Positions 46,929-57,725 of a stretch of DNA of 64,000 nucleotides are shown piece by piece (positions within the stretch are counted from its first letter, which is position 1; every line of letters starts with the position of its first letter). Below the pieces are notes generated by a model. That model saw nothing but the letters and a program-made list of their open reading frames with translations, did not search any database and had not been told where the DNA came from. Source of the DNA: Zetaproteobacteria bacterium (GTDB taxonomy: Bacteria; Pseudomonadota; Zetaproteobacteria; Mariprofundales; Mariprofundaceae); the NCBI GenBank assembly GCA_003696795.1, contig RFFT01000036.1, forward strand, positions 5,128 to 69,127, in the 5' to 3' direction. A program made the position numbers and the translations under genes.

Positions 46929-48415
46929 CCAACGCCAACGCAAGCGGCACGCGCGGACTGATGCACGAGGAACCGCTGCTGTTCGAGCGCGCACACCGCA
47001 ACGCCGAAGCCATTGCCCTGCCCGGCATTGCGGATGACACAGCGGATGCAACGCTGGCCGACTTCCTTCGCCGCACGCCCGCCGGCATCCCCGGCCTGTC
47101 GGAACCGGAGGTTGTGCGTCACTTCGTGCGTCTATCGCAGTGGAATCATGGCATCGAGACCGGATTCTATCCGCTCGGCTCGTGCACGATGAAATACAAT
47201 CCGCGCGTGCACGAGCACCTCGTGCGCCTGCCGGGGTTGGCCGATGTGCATCCGGAGCAACCCGAGGACACCGTGCAGGGGTTGCTTGCGCTGCTGTACC
47301 GGTTGCAGCAGGCGCTGGGCGAAATCAGCGGCTTGCCACACGTGACCCTGCAGCCCGCGGCAGGCGCGCATGGTGAGCTGACCGGCATCATGATGATCCG
47401 CGCGTGGCACGACAGCCGCGGCGATCATCAGCGACGTATCGTGCTCGTGCCCGATTCGGCGCACGGCACGAATCCTGCCTCTGCCGCCCTCGCCGGCATG
47501 CGTACCGTCGAGCTGAAGTCCGCGGCCAACGGTCAAATCGATCTCGACGAACTGTCCGCAAAGTTGAGCGACGAGGTCGCCGCGTTGATGCTGACCAATC
47601 CGAACACGACCGGCCACTTTGAAAGTCGCATCGCGGACATCTGCGCGCGCGTGCACGAGGCCGGCGCGCTGGTCTATGGCGACGGCGCGAACCTGAATGC
47701 GCTCGTCGGCAAGGCGCGACCGGGCGATATGGGCATCGACTGCCTGCATATCAATGTGCACAAGACCTTCTCCACCCCGCACGGCGGCGGCGGGCCCGGC
47801 GCAGGGCCGGTGGCGGTCAACGACACGCTGGCCCCGTTCCTGCCCGTGCCGCGCATCGAGGCGCGCGACGGACATTTTGTGATCGTGCGGGAAGATGAGC
47901 ACAGCATCGGCCCGGTGTTCGGCGCGCTCGGCCAGGTCGGAGTGCTGCTGCGCGCGCTGGCCTACATCATGGCCTTCGGCAGGGAGCACCTGCATCGCAT
48001 TGCCGAAGATGCGGTGCTCAACGCGAACTACATCCTGCATCGCCTGAAAGATGCCTACCACGTACCGTTTCCCGGACTGTGCAAGCATGAGTGTCTGCTG
48101 ACCGACAAGCTGCAGAACCGGCATGGCATCAAGACGCTGGACATCGCCAAGCGCCTGATCGACTTGGGCTTTCACCCGATGACGGTCTATTTTCCACTCA
48201 TCGTGCACGGCGCGATGCTGATCGAGCCGACCGAGAGCGAATCGAAGCAGACCATCGACGCGTTCTGCGACGCGATGCTCGAGATCGCCGAATCCTGCGC
48301 AAAGGGCGACATCGAGGCGCTCCAGCAAGCGCCAATGCTCCCCATCCGCACACGGCTGGACGAAACCAGCGCCGCACGACGACCGAGGCTTGTGTGGAAA
48401 GATGACAGAAACTAG
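46925..48415 (+). CDS. gcvPB: glycine dehydrogenase (decarboxylating) subunit 2
   Basis: GFYPLGSCTMKYNP..., and the PLP-lysine region NVHKTFSTPHGGGGPG. Its ATG overlaps the gcvPA stop (ATGA). Confidence 0.92.
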   Translation: MTNANASGTRGLMHEEPLLFERAHRNAEAIALPGIADDTADATLADFLRRTPAGIPGLSEPEVVRHFVRLSQWNHGIETGFYPLGSCTMKYNPRVHEHLVRLPGLADVHPEQPEDTVQGLLALLYRLQQALGEISGLPHVTLQPAAGAHGELTGIMMIRAWHDSRGDHQRRIVLVPDSAHGTNPASAALAGMRTVELKSAANGQIDLDELSAKLSDEVAALMLTNPNTTGHFESRIADICARVHEAGALVYGDGANLNALVGKARPGDMGIDCLHINVHKTFSTPHGGGGPGAGPVAVNDTLAPFLPVPRIEARDGHFVIVREDEHSIGPVFGALGQVGVLLRALAYIMAFGREHLHRIAEDAVLNANYILHRLKDAYHVPFPGLCKHECLLTDKLQNRHGIKTLDIAKRLIDLGFHPMTVYFPLIVHGAMLIEPTESESKQTIDAFCDAMLEIAESCAKGDIEALQQAPMLPIRTRLDETSAARRPRLVWKDDRN

Positions 48416-49622
48416 GGCAGGCCCGGGCGACAGCGCGCGTTTCACCCGCCTGCTGTTGCTGACCGGATCCCTGATCGCGCTCGGCTTCGCTGCCTATTAC
48501 GCCATTGGCGACGGCCAACAAATCCTGATGTGGCTTGCTCTCGCCATCGGCCTGCTGCTGGCGCTATGTTTTCAGCTCTGCCTTGTCGGCTATGCGCATG
48601 CGGCGCTCCACCTCGCGGGCGCCGTGGTCACGTGTGGCATGTTGTTGGGCATCCATCTGCAAATGGAAGCCATGGTATGGATGCCCTACGCCTGCTTGTC
48701 CATGTTTGTGCTGATGCGCTGGCAAGCGCTGCCTTGGACGCTATCGATGCTTTTCGCCACCTTGCTCATGGCCTTGTTCGACCCCCGCGTGTCCAGCTAT
48801 CCGCCCAATATGTTGATCGGCGCACTACTGAGCCAACTGACCGGTATCATCGTGTTCGTGCTGGCCTTGCGCCAACAGGATCAAATGCGCAAGGTGCGCA
48901 TGCAACTGGTCCAGCGCGAGGCCGAACAACGCCGCATGCGGACATTAAACGACATCTCGGCCGGTATCGCCCACTTGATCAACAACAGCATGCAGGTCGT
49001 GCACGGCGGGGCCTTCCTGCTGCGCGATCATCTGCAGACGCCGGAGGGACTGACATTGTTGCGCGACATAGAGGGCAAGGCGGAAGAAACCTGCGGACTG
49101 GCGCGCAAACTCCTGTACTGCGCACGCAATATGACCCCCGAATGGCAAACCAAAGATCTCGCTGCCCTGATACGCGATTGGTTCGCTAACGAACGTACCC
49201 AGGCCATGCCACGCACCCGCTTGCGATTACCCCAGAGGCCTGTGGTCTGTCGTTTGGACGTCACCCTGATGCATGAGGTGCTACGTGAGCTGTGGAACAA
49301 TGCACGTGAAGCTGGAGCCCACAACATTGAGATCAGCCTCACCGCCGACGGCGCGCAAGGATGCCTGATCCAGGTGCGCGACGACGGCCATGGCTTTGAC
49401 ACAGCGAAACTGGAGCAGGCGTTCGATCCATTCTATTCCACCCGCTTTCTGGGGCGCGGGCTGGGGCTCCCCGCTGCCCGCGGCATTGTGGAGCTGCACG
49501 ATGGGACGATCTCCATCGAAAACAACGAGACGCAAGGCTGCACTGTCACCCTGAGCCTACCGCGCATCAACGATGTGCAGGGCCAGCAGGAAGACCCGCA
49601 GAACGAACACTCAGGCGCTTAA
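48390..49622 (+). CDS. polytopic membrane sensor histidine kinase
   Basis: About 5-6 TM helices, then H-box ISAGIAHLINNSMQVV, N-box ELWNNAREAG, DDGHGFD, FDPFYSTR, GRGLGLPAARG. It overlaps the gcvPB 3' end by 26 nt; an alternative ATG is at 48402. Confidence 0.8.
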   Translation: MCGKMTETRAGPGDSARFTRLLLLTGSLIALGFAAYYAIGDGQQILMWLALAIGLLLALCFQLCLVGYAHAALHLAGAVVTCGMLLGIHLQMEAMVWMPYACLSMFVLMRWQALPWTLSMLFATLLMALFDPRVSSYPPNMLIGALLSQLTGIIVFVLALRQQDQMRKVRMQLVQREAEQRRMRTLNDISAGIAHLINNSMQVVHGGAFLLRDHLQTPEGLTLLRDIEGKAEETCGLARKLLYCARNMTPEWQTKDLAALIRDWFANERTQAMPRTRLRLPQRPVVCRLDVTLMHEVLRELWNNAREAGAHNIEISLTADGAQGCLIQVRDDGHGFDTAKLEQAFDPFYSTRFLGRGLGLPAARGIVELHDGTISIENNETQGCTVTLSLPRINDVQGQQEDPQNEHSGA

Positions 49623-50781
49623 ACTCGCGCGCCACGCGGGCCAGACAATCCTCGATCGCGACTCCCTGGAAATAATTGCCGACCAGCCCCAAAGGCTGTC
49701 CTTCCAACGCGGCGTTCAGGGCGGCAATGCGCGCGTGATGCGTCGCATCCGGCGACGGCAGCCGATTGCGCTTGCCAGCCAAGCGGCGCACCACACTTTG
49801 CTCCACACCAAGCACCGCGCCGATATGCGCCAACTGCCCCTCCGCATCCAACCGCCCCGGTCGGAAATGGAAGGTGAATCCACGCCATTGCGGATGCGGC
49901 ACCACGTCGCGCGAAACCATCGAGTAAAACGCGTCGTCCACCGCGATCAAGCCCGCCAATGGCGGCAAGCCGACCTGCGCGCGCGGAACGGCCACCGCCA
50001 CCGATTCCACACTCGCCTCGGCAATCCCGGAAAGCATACCGGCGATCTGAGGCGACACCTCAGCCAGCAGTTGCGCCGCCACCGGCGCAGGCGTGGCGCA
50101 TACGACGCGCGCGCCATGCAACACGCCCCCGTCGGTGACCACCTCGAATCCCCCCGCCACGCGGCGCAACGCGCGCACCGGATGATTGAGGCGACAATCG
50201 CATTGCGCGGCCAATGTCGTTGCAATCTGCATGAGTCCGCCCGGCAGGGTAAAACTGCGCGGCACCCGCTTGTCGCGAGCGCGACGGCGAAACAACAGAT
50301 CCGCCGGAACATTGTCCGCCGGCTGGCAGATCACCGCGGCAAACGCATGGCGCAACACCCGCTCGTAATTTCCCCTTCCAAGCAGGCGTCGGTAATAGCC
50401 GGCCACTGTACGCCCACGCTTGCTCAGCCATGGCAACTGCCAGGCATGCAACATGAGCTCCAGCCAGTTCAGCCGTGCGGCGACCGCATACGATCGACCA
50501 TCCTGCCAAAGGCGATATGGCAGCCGCTCGCGCAGCACCAGGCGATCGATGAGTCCCAACTCGCGCATGATTTGCAGCAGACGGCCATAGGAATTGAAAC
50601 AAGTATGCGCACCCAGTTCCAACCAGAAACCGTCATCGCCGACGGCGGTGTGCAGACAACCTCCGACCCGCGACGAGGCTTCCAGCACACACACGCGCAT
50701 GCCAGCCTGCCGCGCATAATGCGCCATGCCCAGCCCACTGATGCCGGCACCGATCACGATCATATCGAATGAGCGCATCAT
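49567..50781 (-). CDS. FAD-dependent oxidoreductase, protoporphyrinogen oxidase (HemY/PPOX)-like
   Basis: Dinucleotide fold DMIVIGAGISGLGMAHY...VLEASSRVGG. FTLPGGLMQI. C-terminal GNYFQGVAIEDC resembles HemY. Confidence 0.65.
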   Translation of the reverse strand: MMRSFDMIVIGAGISGLGMAHYARQAGMRVCVLEASSRVGGCLHTAVGDDGFWLELGAHTCFNSYGRLLQIMRELGLIDRLVLRERLPYRLWQDGRSYAVAARLNWLELMLHAWQLPWLSKRGRTVAGYYRRLLGRGNYERVLRHAFAAVICQPADNVPADLLFRRRARDKRVPRSFTLPGGLMQIATTLAAQCDCRLNHPVRALRRVAGGFEVVTDGGVLHGARVVCATPAPVAAQLLAEVSPQIAGMLSGIAEASVESVAVAVPRAQVGLPPLAGLIAVDDAFYSMVSRDVVPHPQWRGFTFHFRPGRLDAEGQLAHIGAVLGVEQSVVRRLAGKRNRLPSPDATHHARIAALNAALEGQPLGLVGNYFQGVAIEDCLARVAREFKRLSVRSAGLPAGPAHR

Positions 50782-50834
50782 GCGCGCACACTAACACGCG
50801 CCGCGATCTCGGGCACCGCGTGGATTTTCCGCCT

Positions 50835-52660
50835 ATGCTGAACCATAATCGGGATATGGGGGAAGAAGCGAAACAAACCGCTTGCGATCAATATCAGCAG
50901 CAAGTGCTGCGCCTGATTTTCCTGATCTCGATCCCAACCATGGCCTTCTTCGCCGGGCTGAACCTGTGGCACGATCATCTCGTGCTGGGAGTGGCTGAAA
51001 TTCTGCTCGACCTGTGCTTTCTGGTCTGCCTGCTGTTCTTCCTGCAAAACACGCATCTTGAACTCGTGCGCCGGTTTCTGCTGGTCAGCGGATTCGTGAT
51101 CTTCACCCTGTTGTTCATCGACGGCGGCATCGAGGATTCGGGGCTGTACTGGGGCATGATCTTCCCGATGCTGGCTTATCCACTGTTCGGCTGGTCCCGC
51201 GCACGCCGGCAAATGACCGTGTTCGCCACAACCCTTGCAGCGGTCGTGCTGGCTCACCTTGTGTTCGGCCCCTTCCTGCCCTATGCCCCGATCGAGCTGT
51301 TCATGGCCGCGATCATGTTGCTGTTCTTCGCCGCAATGGCCCATATCTTCGAAACGCATCGCGCGCGGGAATACGCCCGCTTGGTGGAGGCCCGCGACCA
51401 GTTGCAACAGGCGCGCGACCATCTCGAACATGAAGTGCAACGGCGTACGGCCTCGCTGGAACAGACGACCGTCAAGCTGCGCGAGGAAATCGCGGCGCGC
51501 GAACGGATGCAACAACAATTGGCGCAGACCCAGAAACTTGAGGCGATGGGCACCATCGTCGGACGCCTTACCCATGACTTCAGCAACTTCCTGAGCGCCA
51601 TGATGGCCAATGTCTATATGCTGGAAAAAAGACATCGTTGAACGATGAAGCGCGCAGGCGACTGGCGATGATGGACCGGGAAATCAAGCAATGCACGGAA
51701 ATGATCAATCGCCTGCGCATGTTCGCGCATCCGGAAGCGGACGAGAAAAAGCCCATTCCGGCCGCGCGCTTCATGCTCGAATCGGGCGAGCTGATCCGCA
51801 TGTCGCTGCCGGAAAATGTGGATTTCGAGCGTGACATCAGGCTGCCCGAAGACGTCGCCATGCTGGGCGATGCGAACCAATTGAAACAGATGTTGATCAA
51901 CCTGAGCAACAATGCAGTGCATGCGTTGCGCAACTGCGCACAACCGCGCATCCGCCTGCGTGCGCGCCTGGCCACCGCCGAGGAACTTGCGCGCCTGCCG
52001 CACGAGGCCGACCGCGCCTTGCTGCTGTGCATCGAGGACAACGGCGCCGGAATGAGCGAAGAGGTGCGCGCGCGCATCTTTGATCCCTTTTTCACCACCA
52101 AGCCCGCCGGCGAGGGAACCGGGCTGGGGCTCTCCATGGTCCATGCCGCGGTGCGGGCGCATGGCGGCGCCATCACCGTGCACAGCGCACCGGAAGCCGG
52201 CACGCGCATAGAGATCACGTTGCCGCTCACCGCCAATTCCGCAACCCAAACCGCCGCCCAGCGCAACGCGGAGCCCGTCCCCGGCCATGGCGAGACCCTG
52301 CTGCTCATCGACGATGACACTTTTCTGCTGCAAACCAACGCCGAACTGCTGCGTTCGATCGGCTATCAGGTGCTGACCGCCGAAAACGGCGAACAGGCGC
52401 TACGACTGGCCGCGGAGAAAGGCGAGCGCATTGCCGCGATCGTATCGGACATCGTGATGCCCGAAATGTCCGGGCCGGAAACGATCCAACGCCTTGCCGA
52501 TGCCGGATTCCAGCGTCCTACCATGTTCATCACCGGCTACGACCAGGACCAGCAGGCGAACAAGCTGCCCGCAGGGCTCAAGGCACCCGTCTTGCGCAAA
52601 CCCGTGCACATCGCCGAGCTGTCCCGCGCCCTTGCCCAATTGTTGGCCGCGTCGCGCTGA
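50835..52660 (+). pseudogene. hybrid sensor histidine kinase/response regulator interrupted by a frameshift at an A6 run (fragments ..51641 and 51638..52660)
   Basis: Fragment 1 has polytopic TM helices, a coiled coil and the H-box GRLTHDFSNFLSAMMANVYMLEK, then a stop 3 codons after A6 (51625-51630). Fragment 2 continues the DHp helix (..SLNDEARRRLAMMDREIKQCTEMINRLRMFA), then HATPase (NLSNNAVHA, DNGAGM, GTGLGLSMV) and REC (LLLIDDD...VSDIVMPEMSG...FITGY). The 5' start is uncertain (50769, 50835 or 50856). Confidence 0.6.
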
Positions 52661-52677
52661 CGCGCTACGATCCAGGC

Positions 52678-53835
52678 ATGCGCAGAATCGAAACCATTGA
52701 GCCTTTTCGGGTGATGCAACTGCTGGAGCGGGCCAAACAATTGGAGGCTGCGGGCCGCCATATCGTGCATATGGAAATCGGCGAGCCGGACTTCCCGACG
52801 CCGCCCAGCGTCATCGAGGCCGCGCATCACGCGCTCGACACCCATGGCCAGTTCTACACACCATCCACCGGCCTTCCCGAACTGCGGCACGCCCTGTCCG
52901 ACTGGTATCGGCGAGAATACGGCGTCGAGGTCGCACCCGAACGCATTCTGATCACGCCGGGCACTTCCGGCGCGTTCAGCCTGCTGTATGCCGTATTGCT
53001 CGAGAACGGCGAATCGGTGCTGCTGTCCGACCCCGGCTATCCCTGCCAGCGGAACTTCATCCGCTTGGCCGGCGGGGAACCCATCGCCGTGCCGGTCGGC
53101 CCGGACACACGTTACCATCTATCAGCCGAACTGATTGAAACGCATTGGCGACGGGATACGCGCGCGGCGGTGCTGATCAATCCATCCAATCCCACCGGCA
53201 CGCTGATTCACGACGACGCGCTGGCTGAACTTGCCGCATGCTGCCGCGATCGCGGCGGGTATCTGATCTCCGACGAGATCTATCATGGCCTGACCTACGG
53301 CGCGCGCGCGCGCACGGCGCTCGCGTTCGACGATCAGGCCATCGTCGTCAACGGCTTTTCCAAGCGTTGGGCCATGACCGGGTGGCGCATCGGCTGGATC
53401 ATCGTACCCGAAACGCTGATCGACGCCTGTCGGCGGGTCATGCAGAACATCTTCATCGCCGCGCCCACCCTGTCGCAATACGCCGCCCTCGCGGCGCTGG
53501 ATGCCGAGCGCGAGGTTGAACACATGCGCACGTCCTATGCCGAACGCCGCGCAGCCTTGTTGGCCAGCCTGCCGCAACTGGGCTTCGAGATCGTGGTCGA
53601 ACCGCAGGGCGCGTTCTACATCTATGCCAATGTGCGCCGTCTGACCGATGATGCGACTGCGTTCTGCCATGCGCTGCTGGAGCAAGCCGGCGTGGCCATC
53701 ACGCCGGGTGCGGATTTCGGACAACACCAAGCCAACACGCACGTGCGCTTCTCCTACGCCACCGGCCTGGATGACATTCGGCAGGGGATCGCTAGAATCA
53801 CCGACTTTCTGGCCGACACCGGCCACACATCATAA
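52678..53835 (+). CDS. PLP-dependent aminotransferase, class I/II (aspartate/aromatic type)
   Basis: GEPDFPTP..., INPSNPTG, and the PLP-lysine motif [16 protein letters not shown]. Confidence 0.88.
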   Translation: MRRIETIEPFRVMQLLERAKQLEAAGRHIVHMEIGEPDFPTPPSVIEAAHHALDTHGQFYTPSTGLPELRHALSDWYRREYGVEVAPERILITPGTSGAFSLLYAVLLENGESVLLSDPGYPCQRNFIRLAGGEPIAVPVGPDTRYHLSAELIETHWRRDTRAAVLINPSNPTGTLIHDDALAELAACCRDRGGYLISDEIYHGLTYGARARTALAFDDQAIVVNGFSKRWAMTGWRIGWIIVPETLIDACRRVMQNIFIAAPTLSQYAALAALDAEREVEHMRTSYAERRAALLASLPQLGFEIVVEPQGAFYIYANVRRLTDDATAFCHALLEQAGVAITPGADFGQHQANTHVRFSYATGLDDIRQGIARITDFLADTGHTS

Positions 53836-53855
53836 CCACGCGGAGTTCCTCGCAC

Positions 53856-56510
53856 ATGTTCAAGTTCCTGACCAAGCTGTTCGGCAGCCGCAACGATCGC
53901 ATTCTCAAACAGATGTATCCGCTGGTCGAACGCATCAACGCGCTGGAACCAACGATGCAGGCCCTGAGCGATGAACAGCTCGCGGGCCAAACCGCTCTGT
54001 TCAAGCAACGCCTGGAACAAGGCGAAAGCCTGGATGAACTGTTGCCCGAGGCCTTTGCGACCTGCCGCGAGGCGTCCCGGCGCGTGTTGGGCATGCGGCA
54101 CTACGATGTGCAGTTGATCGGCGGCATGGTGCTGCACCAGGGCAAGATCGCGGAGATGAAGACCGGCGAGGGCAAAACGCTGATGGCCACGCTGCCGGTC
54201 TATCTGAATGCGCTGACCGGACGCGGCGTGCACGTGGTCACGGTTAACGACTATCTCGCCAAACGCGATGCGGAATGGATGGGCAAGCTGTATGCCTTTC
54301 TCGGGCTATCCACCGGGGTGATCGTGCATGGCCTGGACAACGACCAGCGCCGCGCGGCCTATGCGGCCGATGTCACCTATGGCACGAACAACGAGTTCGG
54401 CTTCGACTATCTGCGCGACAACATGGCCTTTGCGCGCGAGGACCTCGTGCAACGCGAATACCACTTCGCCATCGTGGACGAAGTGGATTCGATCCTGATC
54501 GACGAGGCGCGCACGCCGCTGATCATCTCCGGGCCGGCCGAGCAGGCCACGGACCTGTACAAGCGCGCCGATGCATTGATCCGGCAACTCGATGAAAGCG
54601 ATTACGAGAAGGACGAGAAGGACAAGACCGTCGCGTTCACCGAACAGGGGATGGAACACATCGAACGGCTGTGCCGTGAGGCCGGCCTGCTCACCCAGGG
54701 CAATCTGTACGATCCCGAAAACGTGAACCTGATGCATGCGATCACCCAATCGTTGCGCGCGCACACGCTGTTCACGCGCGAGGTGGACTACATCGTGCGC
54801 GGTGGCGAGGTGATCATCATCGACGAGTTCACCGGCCGTATGATGCCTGGCCGGCGATACTCCGACGGCCAACACCAGGCGCTGGAAGCCAAAGAAGGCG
54901 TCGAGGTCCAACCGGAAAACCAAACGCTGGCCTCGATCACGTTCCAGAACTATTTCCGGCTGTACGAGAAACTGGCGGGTATGACCGGCACGGCGGATAC
55001 GGAGGCCGAGGAGTTCCAGAAGATCTACAACCTCGAGGTTGTGATCGTGCCCACCAACAAGCCGATGATCCGCAAGGATCTGCCGGACCTCGTGTTCCGC
55101 GATATGGAGGACAAGTACGAAGCCATCGTGCGCGACATCATCGGCACGCACAAAAGCGGCGCGCCGATCCTGATCGGCACGACTTCGATCGAGAAATCCG
55201 AGTATCTGTCCTCCTTGCTCAAGAAAAAGGGCATTCGCCATGAGGTGCTCAATGCCAAGCATCATGAACGCGAGGCGGAAATCGTGGCCCAGGCCGGACG
55301 CAAAAATGCGGTCACGATCGCGACCAATATGGCCGGGCGCGGCACGGACATCATGCTGGGCGGCAACCCGGACATGATGATTGCGGCACTGCCCGACAAT
55401 CTCAGCGAGGAAGAGCGCCAGAAACGCGCCGAGGAGATCCGCGCCCGCTGCAAGGCCGAACACGACGAGGTCGTCGCCGCCGGCGGTCTGCATATCGTCG
55501 GCACCGAGCGACATGAATCCCGCCGTATCGACAACCAGTTGCGTGGCCGCGCCGGTCGTCAAGGCGATCCGGGGGTCACCCGCTTCTACCTGTCGCTCGA
55601 AGATGATCTGATGCGCATCTTCGGTGGCGAGAAGATGCAGGCCATGCTGACCAAGATGGGCTTCGAGAAAGGAGAAGCCATCGAGCATCCATGGATCAGC
55701 AAGTCCATCGAAAACGCGCAAAAGAAGGTCGAGGGTCGCAACTTCGACATCCGCAAGCAGTTGCTCGAATACGACGATGTAATGAACAAGCAGCGCGAGG
55801 TGATCTACGCCCAGCGTCGCGAGCTGCTGATGGCCGACGATGTACGCGATGTGATCGAGGACATGCAGCGCGATTATGCCGAGCGGCTGAGCGACGAGTT
55901 CCTGCAGGGGCATCCCGAGCAATGGGACCTGGATGGCCTGAAGAAGGCCTTGCACGAACAATTGTCGATCCAGTGCGATCCCGCTGCGTGGCTTGCGGAC
56001 GACGCGGTCGAGACGGCCGAGGACATGACGGAGAAAATCGTCTCCGCGATGCGCGCGCATATGGATGCCAAGGAGGCGCTGACCGGTGGCGAGCAGATGC
56101 GCGCGTTCGAGAAATTCCTGCTGTTGCAGATCCTGGACACCCTGTGGAAGGAACACCTGCTGGCCATGGACCACCTGCGCCAGAGCGTAGGGTTGCGCGG
56201 CTATGCGCAAAAGCAGCCCATTCAGGAATACAAGCGTGAATCGTTCGAGCTGTTCTCCACCATGCTGGCGCGCATCCGCGAGGAAACGATGCGCGCGTTG
56301 CACAATGTGCAGGTCGAGCAGCCGCGCGAAGCGGTCGAGCCGCCGCGCGCGGCGAGCGCCCCGGAGCAGGTGCGCTACAGCCATGGCGAGGAAGAGCCGC
56401 AAGCGGCACCTCAAACCTTTCGGCGCGGCAAGCCGAAAGTCGGGCGCAACGATCCTTGCCCTTGCGGCTCGGGCAAGAAATACAAGCAGTGCCACGGGAA
56501 GCGCCGCTGA
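53856..56510 (+). CDS. secA: preprotein translocase ATPase SecA
   Basis: [53 protein letters not shown], and the C-terminal zinc motif [14 protein letters not shown]. Confidence 0.96.
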   Translation: MFKFLTKLFGSRNDRILKQMYPLVERINALEPTMQALSDEQLAGQTALFKQRLEQGESLDELLPEAFATCREASRRVLGMRHYDVQLIGGMVLHQGKIAEMKTGEGKTLMATLPVYLNALTGRGVHVVTVNDYLAKRDAEWMGKLYAFLGLSTGVIVHGLDNDQRRAAYAADVTYGTNNEFGFDYLRDNMAFAREDLVQREYHFAIVDEVDSILIDEARTPLIISGPAEQATDLYKRADALIRQLDESDYEKDEKDKTVAFTEQGMEHIERLCREAGLLTQGNLYDPENVNLMHAITQSLRAHTLFTREVDYIVRGGEVIIIDEFTGRMMPGRRYSDGQHQALEAKEGVEVQPENQTLASITFQNYFRLYEKLAGMTGTADTEAEEFQKIYNLEVVIVPTNKPMIRKDLPDLVFRDMEDKYEAIVRDIIGTHKSGAPILIGTTSIEKSEYLSSLLKKKGIRHEVLNAKHHEREAEIVAQAGRKNAVTIATNMAGRGTDIMLGGNPDMMIAALPDNLSEEERQKRAEEIRARCKAEHDEVVAAGGLHIVGTERHESRRIDNQLRGRAGRQGDPGVTRFYLSLEDDLMRIFGGEKMQAMLTKMGFEKGEAIEHPWISKSIENAQKKVEGRNFDIRKQLLEYDDVMNKQREVIYAQRRELLMADDVRDVIEDMQRDYAERLSDEFLQGHPEQWDLDGLKKALHEQLSIQCDPAAWLADDAVETAEDMTEKIVSAMRAHMDAKEALTGGEQMRAFEKFLLLQILDTLWKEHLLAMDHLRQSVGLRGYAQKQPIQEYKRESFELFSTMLARIREETMRALHNVQVEQPREAVEPPRAASAPEQVRYSHGEEEPQAAPQTFRRGKPKVGRNDPCPCGSGKKYKQCHGKRR

Positions 56511-57715
56511 TGGCCGTGAATCCTCCGCGCTTGCCCCCGCCGTTGCCGGTACCCGGCTTTCGGATCGGTGTCGGCTCCTGTGGCGTCAAGGCGCCGGAGC
56601 TGGCCGGAACACGTCCGGATGTGGCGTTGATTCATGCCCTGGTCGACTGTCATGCGGCCGGCGTGTTCACGCAGAACCGGCTGCGCGCGGCCTGCGTATC
56701 GCTTGGCGAGGCAACGCTGCAACAAAACGGCGATTGCATCCGGGGCATCGTCGCCAACAGCGGCAACGCGAATGCCGCCACCGGCAGCAATGAGGAAGGC
56801 TGGGCGCGCGCGATGATTGCCGCGGCGGCCGGCGCGATCGGTGTGCGCAGTGAACAAATGCTGTCCGCCTCCACCGGTGTGATCGGCGAACCCTTCCCGA
56901 TCGACCGTGTCGAGCAGGGCATCGGCGAGGCGGCGGCATGCAAGGCCGGGTGGCAGGACGCCGCGGAGGCCATCCGCACCACCGATACGTTCGCCAAATG
57001 GACCTCGCGTCGTGTCGGCCCGTACACGATTACCGGCATCGCCAAGGGCAGCGGCATGATCCATCCCAACATGGCCACCATGCTTGCATTCATCGCCACC
57101 GACGCACCGCTGGCGCAAAAGCAATTGCAGCCCATGCTGCGGGCTGCAGTCGAGCGTTCATTCAACGCGATCAGCGTGGACGGCGACACCTCGACGAACG
57201 ATACCGTCTATCTTCTCGCCAGCGGTCTGGGCCTGGGACTGCCGCCGATGGGAAAGACGCGGACGTTTGAGCACGCCTTGCATGAGGTATGCCGGGAACT
57301 GGCGCAAATGATCGTGCGCGACGGCGAAGGCGTCAGCAAATTCGTGACCATTCATGTCACCGGCGCCAGGAACGAGTCCGAGGCGCGTCATGTTGGCCGC
57401 ACGATCGCAACCTCGCCGCTGGTCAAGACCGCGTTTGCCGGCTCCGATGCAAACTGGGGCCGCATCGTCGCCGCGGCCGGCAACGCCGGCATCGACTTCG
57501 ATCCCCGGCGCATCTCGTTGCGCTGCGATGACGTGGTCATGCTCGAACGCGGCGAACTGCATCCCGACTACCGCGATGCGGACGGCATGGCCGTGTTCGC
57601 GCGTGACGAGTTCTCGATCACCCTCGATCTTGGCATGGGACAGGCGCAGAGCACGGTGTGGACCGGCGACCTGACCCATGACTATATCACAATCAACGCC
57701 GAATACCGGACCTGA
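56510..57715 (+). CDS. argJ: bifunctional glutamate N-acetyltransferase / amino-acid acetyltransferase
   Basis: GF...GVKA..., self-cleavage region HPNMATMLAFIATDA, and the C-terminus DLTHDYITINAEYRT. Its ATG overlaps the secA stop by 1 nt. Confidence 0.92.
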   Translation: MAVNPPRLPPPLPVPGFRIGVGSCGVKAPELAGTRPDVALIHALVDCHAAGVFTQNRLRAACVSLGEATLQQNGDCIRGIVANSGNANAATGSNEEGWARAMIAAAAGAIGVRSEQMLSASTGVIGEPFPIDRVEQGIGEAAACKAGWQDAAEAIRTTDTFAKWTSRRVGPYTITGIAKGSGMIHPNMATMLAFIATDAPLAQKQLQPMLRAAVERSFNAISVDGDTSTNDTVYLLASGLGLGLPPMGKTRTFEHALHEVCRELAQMIVRDGEGVSKFVTIHVTGARNESEARHVGRTIATSPLVKTAFAGSDANWGRIVAAAGNAGIDFDPRRISLRCDDVVMLERGELHPDYRDADGMAVFARDEFSITLDLGMGQAQSTVWTGDLTHDYITINAEYRT

Positions 57716-57725
57716 TCGCGTAGCC

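Noticed and set aside
51638-52660. The TTG-initiated ORF as an independent soluble HATPase-REC protein.
   Set aside because: On its own it would lack the phospho-accepting His and half of the DHp helix. Both are supplied in the adjacent frame immediately upstream. It is better explained as the 3' part of one frameshifted gene (see the finding on the split hybrid kinase).
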